Shown here: positions 58,663 to 64,000 of the stretch, one piece after another | Layout: every line of letters starts with the position of its first letter | Numbering within the stretch: position 1 is the first letter of the stretch | Source of the DNA: Myxococcales bacterium | Lineage (GTDB): Bacteria; Myxococcota_A; Polyangia; Polyangiales; Polyangiaceae | DNA: 64,000 nt | Direction: 5' to 3' | Assembly: GCA_043747615.1 (NCBI GenBank) | Contig: JAYTOU010000044.1 | Coordinates: forward strand, 25,754-89,753 | Translations under genes and position numbers: made by a program | The notes under the pieces: model-generated | Databases searched by the model: none | What the model saw: the letters and a program-made list of their open reading frames with translations, nothing else | What the model was told of the DNA's origin: nothing

Positions 58663-58992
58663 ATGCTTCAGGAAGAGCGCGCAGATCGGATCGCTTACGA
58701 CGCGTCGAACGACGTGGCGCGAATCACGACCGGACTCCTGGTGGACCCTACGAAGCGCGCGACGGCGCAAGTCGATCTTCTGCTCGACAAGGACGGGTTT
58801 TTAGTGGGCGTGGACTTGGGCGGCGGCGGCCTCTCCCGCGTGGTGGTCATGCTCGGCCCGCACGAAGCGGTGGTCCGCACCCAGAGCGCGCACATCGAGC
58901 TCGCTCGCGACACGAGCGGTCACGTCGCCGAGCTCACCATTCCGGGCGCCGCTGCGGCGATCAAAGCCGCCTCGAAAAACCCTTATATTTAG
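58663..58992 (+). CDS. Small hypothetical protein (DUF2283-like)
   Basis: IAYDASNDVARI...LDKDGFLVGVDL pattern. Confidence 0.6.
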   Translation: MLQEERADRIAYDASNDVARITTGLLVDPTKRATAQVDLLLDKDGFLVGVDLGGGGLSRVVVMLGPHEAVVRTQSAHIELARDTSGHVAELTIPGAAAAIKAASKNPYI

Positions 58993-59003
58993 GCTATTCC
59001 GGG

Positions 59004-60857
59004 CTACTTGGCGCGGGCGGCGCGGGCGGTCCCGGTGCTGGCCCACGAACGCTCTGCACCCGACGCGAGCCACGTCAGCGCGACCTTCGAGGGGCCGAAG
59101 GACACCGACGTGCTCGCCCTCTCTGGCCAGCTAGAAGGCGGAGGAAGCTGCATCGACTTCTGGTTCTTCAGTCCCTTCGACGCGCTCGCATCGAACTGGA
59201 TGGCGGCGATCCCTACGCCGCTGAGGAGCGCGACGATGCCGCTGGGGATGAACGGCGCAAGAACGGCGCGGACAGTTCCCGACATCTCTGCCGCGCGGGC
59301 CGCCACCAGGCGTACGTCGTCGAGCGTGGTGCACAGGACCGCGATGCCCGATTTTCCATTCGACACGTGGTTAAGCGCGAACGTTGCGCCGTCCACGATT
59401 TCTAGGGTCTGCACCGACTTCCAAGGGACGGCCACGGCGACCGACGGCGGCAGCGACGTGGTCCGGTCGGCGTCGCCACTGCGGCGCTCGCGAGCGATGA
59501 GCACGTCGTCGGTAGGAAGGGCACGCGGGACGGTGACGCGCACCGGTCGCTTGAACGCGCGCGGGTCGCCAATTTCGCCGGTGGCGACGGCGTAGGCCAG
59601 CGTCTCGGCGGAGGCGACGATGGGGCTCGTCTTTGCCCCAGCGCGCGGCTCGGGATCGCAGCAGCGAAGGCTGAGCCCTCGCGCGGGCGGCGGGTAGAGA
59701 GCGCCGCTCATCACGCGCGCGTCGGGCTCGATCAAACGCGCACCCGTCGCCACGAGATCGGTCAACGCGCCTGCGGCACTGAGCACCTCGAGCATCTGAC
59801 GCGACGGAACGGATACAAGTAGATCGAGACGCGGCGGCACACGCTTCGACTTCAAGAGCGCGGCGGCGGCGAAGAGATCGCGAAGGGTGATCCCGCTGTC
59901 CCCTCCGAGAAGCACCTGAGACACTGGTTTTCCTGCCAGATCGCGCACGGGGCGGACTTGTCCGGCTTCGTCCATCAAGAGAGGGTCGACCGCTCCGAGG
60001 TCCACGTTGAGGACTTCGTCGCAGGGGGCACCGGCGTCCGGAGCGAGCGCGCGGTGGGCCTTCGAACGACGTTGGTCGCGCAAAAATACTTCGGTGCGCT
60101 CGTCGCTCACGAAGAGCGCGGCGACGGCTCCAAGGTGCGGGGCGAGGGAGGTCAAGACCGCGCGCTCGCTCACGGAGAGCAGGCGTGCACTTGGCCCGGC
60201 GAACTCCAGTACGACCGGCGCGCCGTGCTCGGCTTCGACCCGCCGCACCGCTTCACCGAGGCCGCGCCGAATGAGCTCGAGTGACACGTCGCGCGCGCAC
60301 ACGAACGGCCGCACGCGCCCCGTGAGGAGGACCTGAATGCTTCGCGGTGGACGCATCCATATGCTTCCCTTGGCGAGCGCCTGTCCGAGTAGCGACGGCG
60401 ACACGACGAGGGACAGCATCCCGATTCCACCGACGCCGGCGAGGCGCGGTTCGTCCGTCACGCACAGGCGTGCCGGGCTGGCGAAGCGCTCGAGGTGAAC
60501 GACGCTCGGATAGCCGACGCCCGGACGCGCGAGAACGATCCCGTGCGCGACGAGCTCCGACAGATCCGCGCCGTTTCCATCGTCAACGCGCTCAGTCGCC
60601 GCGCGGGCTTCAACGCGCTCAGTCGCCGCGCGGGCTTCGGTGATGCATGTTCCGTCGAAGGCGATCGCTACCTCCACGTTCGCCTTCTTCAGACCGAACG
60701 CGCACGCTTCTGCAAACGCTCGCATTGGCGCGCGCGCGAGGACGACTTGGTCCACCTTCACTTCGACCATGCTCGAAGAAAGGGACGGATCGGCGCAGCG
60801 GCCGGCCAGGACCTTTTGGGCCATCGTGCGGGGGGGATCCCCGGCTTTTGCGCGCAT
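59004..60857 (-). CDS. Aconitase/LeuC-family protein lacking Fe-S ligands
   Basis: TMAQKVL, VCARDVSLEL, EFAGP, DLGAVDP, ASAET, GEIGDPR scaffold; Cys motifs absent. Confidence 0.85.
   Translation of the reverse strand: MRAKAGDPPRTMAQKVLAGRCADPSLSSSMVEVKVDQVVLARAPMRAFAEACAFGLKKANVEVAIAFDGTCITEARAATERVEARAATERVDDGNGADLSELVAHGIVLARPGVGYPSVVHLERFASPARLCVTDEPRLAGVGGIGMLSLVVSPSLLGQALAKGSIWMRPPRSIQVLLTGRVRPFVCARDVSLELIRRGLGEAVRRVEAEHGAPVVLEFAGPSARLLSVSERAVLTSLAPHLGAVAALFVSDERTEVFLRDQRRSKAHRALAPDAGAPCDEVLNVDLGAVDPLLMDEAGQVRPVRDLAGKPVSQVLLGGDSGITLRDLFAAAALLKSKRVPPRLDLLVSVPSRQMLEVLSAAGALTDLVATGARLIEPDARVMSGALYPPPARGLSLRCCDPEPRAGAKTSPIVASAETLAYAVATGEIGDPRAFKRPVRVTVPRALPTDDVLIARERRSGDADRTTSLPPSVAVAVPWKSVQTLEIVDGATFALNHVSNGKSGIAVLCTTLDDVRLVAARAAEMSGTVRAVLAPFIPSGIVALLSGVGIAAIQFDASASKGLKNQKSMQLPPPSSWPERASTSVSFGPSKVALTWLASGAERSWASTGTARAARAK
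60584..60637. repeat. 27-bp in-frame tandem duplication
   Basis: CAACGCGCTCAGTCGCCGCGCGGGCTT x2 (EARAATERV x2 in the protein). Confidence 0.9.
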
Positions 60858-61057
60858 ACGATCTGTTTTCTCTCGAGATTGGCGTGATCGAAGGACTAAG
60901 CGCCCGCCAGAACGGCGGAGTTGCCGGAAAAAAAGCCTTTTTGGGAGCTCTCGCGCGACGTTAAGCTGCCGGCGAGTACCCGGTCAATGGCGACTTTCAG
61001 TCGCGGGGGCGCGGTCACAAGTTGACCGCTGTCACCTTGGGCTTTTACGTTGGTTGC

Positions 61058-61411
61058 ATGTTTAAGGAAGCGCTTCGTAACATCGTGGATCAGACGGATG
61101 GCGGTCTCGCCGGTCTTCTCATGGACTCTAGCGGAATCGCACTCGAGACCTACGCGAAGGACGAGGCGTTCGACATCAACACCATCGGCATCGAGTTCAC
61201 CGTCGTCATCAACCAGGTGAAGCGCGCAGCCGAGATGCTCGAGGCAGGCGCCGCGCACGAGATGTCCGTCGGCACCGACAAGATGATCACCGTCATCCGC
61301 ATGCTGAACGACACGTACTTTCTCGCCCTCGCGATCAAGCCCGACGGGAACTTGGGGAAGGGTCGCTACCTCATGCGCGTCTCCGCGCCGAAGTTCCTCG
61401 CCGAGCTCTGA
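61058..61411 (+). CDS. mglC: Roadblock/LC7 protein, MglC-like
   Basis: YFLALAIKPDGNLGKGRYLMRVSAPKFLAEL closely matches myxobacterial MglC as I recall it; upstream of accB-accC. Confidence 0.75.
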   Translation: MFKEALRNIVDQTDGGLAGLLMDSSGIALETYAKDEAFDINTIGIEFTVVINQVKRAAEMLEAGAAHEMSVGTDKMITVIRMLNDTYFLALAIKPDGNLGKGRYLMRVSAPKFLAEL

Positions 61412-61875
61412 TGGCAGCAAAAAAGCGCGCGCAGGGCCTTCGCGTACTCTGCATCTCCGGTCCCAATCTTCAGCTTTTGGGAACGCGCGAGCCGGCAATC
61501 TACGGCAGCGAAACGCTCGCCGACATTCACGGGCGACTTCGCGCGCGCGCCAAGGACCTCGGCTGCACCATCGACACGAAGCAGACGAATCACGAGGGCG
61601 AGATCGTCAGCCTCATCGGCGATGCGCCGAAAAGGTTCGACGCCCTCATCCTCAACCCCGCCGCCTATACGCACACGTCCATCGCAATCTACGACGCCCT
61701 CAAATCCGTCGGACTCCCTTGCGTGGAAGTGCACCTGTCGAATCCCGATGCACGCGAAGAGTTTCGCAGGCACTCCTGGGTGGCGCCGGCGTGCCTCGGA
61801 CGCATCGCAGGATTCGGTGGCTCGAGCTACATCTTGGCGCTGGAAGGGCTAGTCGCCAAGCTCGGTCGAGGATAA
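61411..61875 (+). CDS. aroQ: Type II 3-dehydroquinate dehydratase
   Basis: GPNL.LLGTREP.IYG, NPAAYTHTS, EVHLSN, REEFR. Confidence 0.96.
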   Translation: MAAKKRAQGLRVLCISGPNLQLLGTREPAIYGSETLADIHGRLRARAKDLGCTIDTKQTNHEGEIVSLIGDAPKRFDALILNPAAYTHTSIAIYDALKSVGLPCVEVHLSNPDAREEFRRHSWVAPACLGRIAGFGGSSYILALEGLVAKLGRG

Positions 61876-61876
61876 G

Positions 61877-62362
61877 TTGGCGGCCCCAATGACCGTAGAC
61901 ATGGACAAGCTGCGCGCGCTGCTCGACGTGCTGACCGAGCGCGATATTTCCGAGTTCGAGCATGAAGACGAAAAGGTGCGGATCAAGATCGTGCGTGGTG
62001 CGAAGATGCAGCACGTCGCGCCGTTCGCCTCGCACTCGTTCGTGCACCACCCCCAATCCGCCGTACAAGGCGGAGCGGAGCCCGCGTCGATTCGTCCGGA
62101 GGCTGCCGAACCGCCGAGCGATTCCGCTGACGTGACGAGCCCGTTCGTTGGTACGTTCTACCGAGCGCCGAGCCCCGACTCTCCGTCGTTCGTCGACATC
62201 GGATCCGTGGTGCGCATCGGCCAGACGCTCTGCATCGTGGAAGCGATGAAGCTGATGAACGAAATCGAGGCCGAGCACTCCGGCACGGTGGTCGAGATCT
62301 TCGCCCAAACCGGAAAAGCGGTGGAGTTCGGGCAGAAGCTCTTCCGCATCAAAAAGGCCTAA
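61877..62362 (+). CDS. accB: Acetyl-CoA carboxylase biotin carboxyl carrier protein
   Basis: SPFVGTFY, EAMKLMN. Confidence 0.96.
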   Translation: MAAPMTVDMDKLRALLDVLTERDISEFEHEDEKVRIKIVRGAKMQHVAPFASHSFVHHPQSAVQGGAEPASIRPEAAEPPSDSADVTSPFVGTFYRAPSPDSPSFVDIGSVVRIGQTLCIVEAMKLMNEIEAEHSGTVVEIFAQTGKAVEFGQKLFRIKKA

Positions 62363-62366
62363 AGCC

Positions 62367-63710
62367 GTGTTCAAGAAGGTTCTCATAGCGAACCGCGGAG
62401 AGATCGCGCTTCGCGTTTTGCGGGCGTGCCGCGAGCTCGGGATTCAGACGGTCGCCGTCTACTCGGAGGCGGACGCGCGCGCTCTTCACGTGCGCCTCGC
62501 CGATCAAGCGGTGTGCATTGGGCCTGCGTCGGCTTCGAAGAGCTACCTCAACATCCCGGCAATCATCAGCGCCGCCGAGATCACCGCCGCCGACGCCATT
62601 CACCCCGGCTACGGGTTTCTCTCCGAGAACGCCGAGTTCGCGCGCATCTGCGCAAAATGCAAAGTGACCTTCATCGGTCCGACGCCCGAGGCCATGCGCG
62701 CCTGGGGCGACAAGGTGACCGCGCGGGCCAACGCCGCCCGGTTTGGCCTCCCTCTCCTTCCCGGCACCGAGGTTCTCACCGACGCGAAGCACGCGCTCGA
62801 GGAGGCGAAGCGGATCGGATTTCCGGTGATCCTTAAAGCCTCGGGCGGTGGCGGCGGGCGCGGCATGCGGATCGTGCGCACCGAGGGCGAGATGAACGAC
62901 TCCTTTGGGAGCGCGCGCCGCGAAGCCGAATCAGGCTTCAAGAACCCGGATATTTACCTCGAAAAGTTCGTCGAGCGCCCGAAGCACATCGAGTTCCAGG
63001 TCTTCGCCGACAAGCACGGCGGCGTGTGGACGTTTGGCGAGCGCGAGTGCTCGATGCAGCGTCGGCATCAGAAGGTCATCGAAGAAGCGCCGAGCCCGGC
63101 GATGACCACCGAGAGGCGCCAGGAGATGGCGGAGGTCATTCGTCGCGCCGTGAAAGAGACGGGCTACACCTCGCTCGGAACACTCGAGTTCATCATGGAC
63201 GAGGAGAAGAACCTCTTCTTCCTGGAGATGAACACCCGCGTGCAGGTCGAGCATCCGGTGACCGAGATGGTGACGGGCCTCGATCTCGTGTCGCTCCAGA
63301 TTCGCGCGGCGGCGGGCGAAAAGATCGAGCTTCAGGACACACGGCCCTGGAGCTTTCGGGGCCACGCGATCGAGTGCCGCATCAACGCCGAGGACTCCAA
63401 GACCTTCGCGCCTTGGCCCGGGCTCATCACCGAGTACTTCCCGCCGGGCGGCACCGGAGTGCGCGTTGACTCCGGCGTGTACGGCGGATGGCGTGTCCCT
63501 TCCGACTACGACTCCCTCATCGCGAAGCTGATCGTCCACGCACCCACGCGACAGGAAGCCATTTTACGCATGCGACGCGCGCTCGACGAATTCATCGTCG
63601 GCGGCATTCGCACCAACATCGACCTTCACAAGAAGCTCCTCGCCGACCACGACATGCTCGACGGCACGATGACCACGCGCACCATCGAGCGCGTCATCGC
63701 GACGACCTAG
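62367..63710 (+). CDS. accC: Biotin carboxylase
   Basis: IANRGEIA, HPGYGFLSEN, GGGGRGM, EMNTRVQVEH. Confidence 0.97.
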   Translation: MFKKVLIANRGEIALRVLRACRELGIQTVAVYSEADARALHVRLADQAVCIGPASASKSYLNIPAIISAAEITAADAIHPGYGFLSENAEFARICAKCKVTFIGPTPEAMRAWGDKVTARANAARFGLPLLPGTEVLTDAKHALEEAKRIGFPVILKASGGGGGRGMRIVRTEGEMNDSFGSARREAESGFKNPDIYLEKFVERPKHIEFQVFADKHGGVWTFGERECSMQRRHQKVIEEAPSPAMTTERRQEMAEVIRRAVKETGYTSLGTLEFIMDEEKNLFFLEMNTRVQVEHPVTEMVTGLDLVSLQIRAAAGEKIELQDTRPWSFRGHAIECRINAEDSKTFAPWPGLITEYFPPGGTGVRVDSGVYGGWRVPSDYDSLIAKLIVHAPTRQEAILRMRRALDEFIVGGIRTNIDLHKKLLADHDMLDGTMTTRTIERVIATT

Positions 63711-63860
63711 ACGAGGCTGGGTGCAGAGGAAGGCGTCTCGAGCGTCGGGGGTGCCATGCGCGCAGACCTGGCTCGTGTTCGGGCGGTGTCCGCGGACAGT
63801 TGGAAAGTGACGAGGACAGGTCGACCCACCGGGTTCTCGCCTGAGGCGGCTCCGCGTTGG

Positions 63861-63876
63861 CGGCACGGGGTTTGCT
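63861..63876 (+). promoter_or_regulatory. Sigma-54 promoter (target gene at or beyond the right edge)
   Basis: CGGCACG-GGGT-TTGCT. Confidence 0.55.
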
Positions 63877-64000
63877 CCGCGAAGGATCAGGTCGAGCCTC
63901 GGATGTCGCGACGTCGGGGGTGAGACCGCAGACGATGGGTTGTCACTGGTAAGAGTGGGAGACAACAGCCTTGGTCGAGAGCTCGAAGCTGATGCCTTAG

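Noticed and set aside
63711..64000. Possible ncRNA or ORF after accC
   Set aside because: No recognisable RNA family; likely a promoter region for a gene beyond the window edge.

Overview
High-GC bacterial DNA, most likely Myxococcota (Polyangiales-like; inferred from the MglC-like roadblock gene, Ser/Thr kinase, FHA proteins and sigma-54 signalling). Three zones. (1) 1-16.2 kb: a stress/envelope cluster (two divergent Usp genes, six-BON lipoprotein, general stress protein, HAMP kinase plus NtrC-type activator, two stand-alone receivers, OmpA/Pal, ferritin-like PA2169, small eRF1-like protein, MFS, pgm, DUF2156 protein, ClC channel). Six sigma-54 promoters and a recurring 35-bp paired enhancer motif are readable in the DNA. 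(2) 16.3-23.0 kb: a decayed island at the 3' end of tRNA-Pro(GGG). It holds a truncated SRPBCC gene, an IS21 fragment, a stand-alone TopoVI-A/Spo11-type TOPRIM gene, an intact AbiE (type IV TA) pair, a frameshifted YhaN-like fragment and a mutated integrase fragment. (3) 23-64 kb: core genome (argC, argB, hisH, hisA, deoC with two ALDH genes, rpsU, tRNA-Leu(CAA), ppx, queD, map, recN, hisF, mglC-like, aroQ, accB, accC). It includes a candidate nucleoid-associated protein and an 8-kb stretch with four apparently catalytically dead enzymes (Fic, Ser/Thr kinase, His kinase, aconitase). All calls come from reading motifs by eye; no database searches were run.
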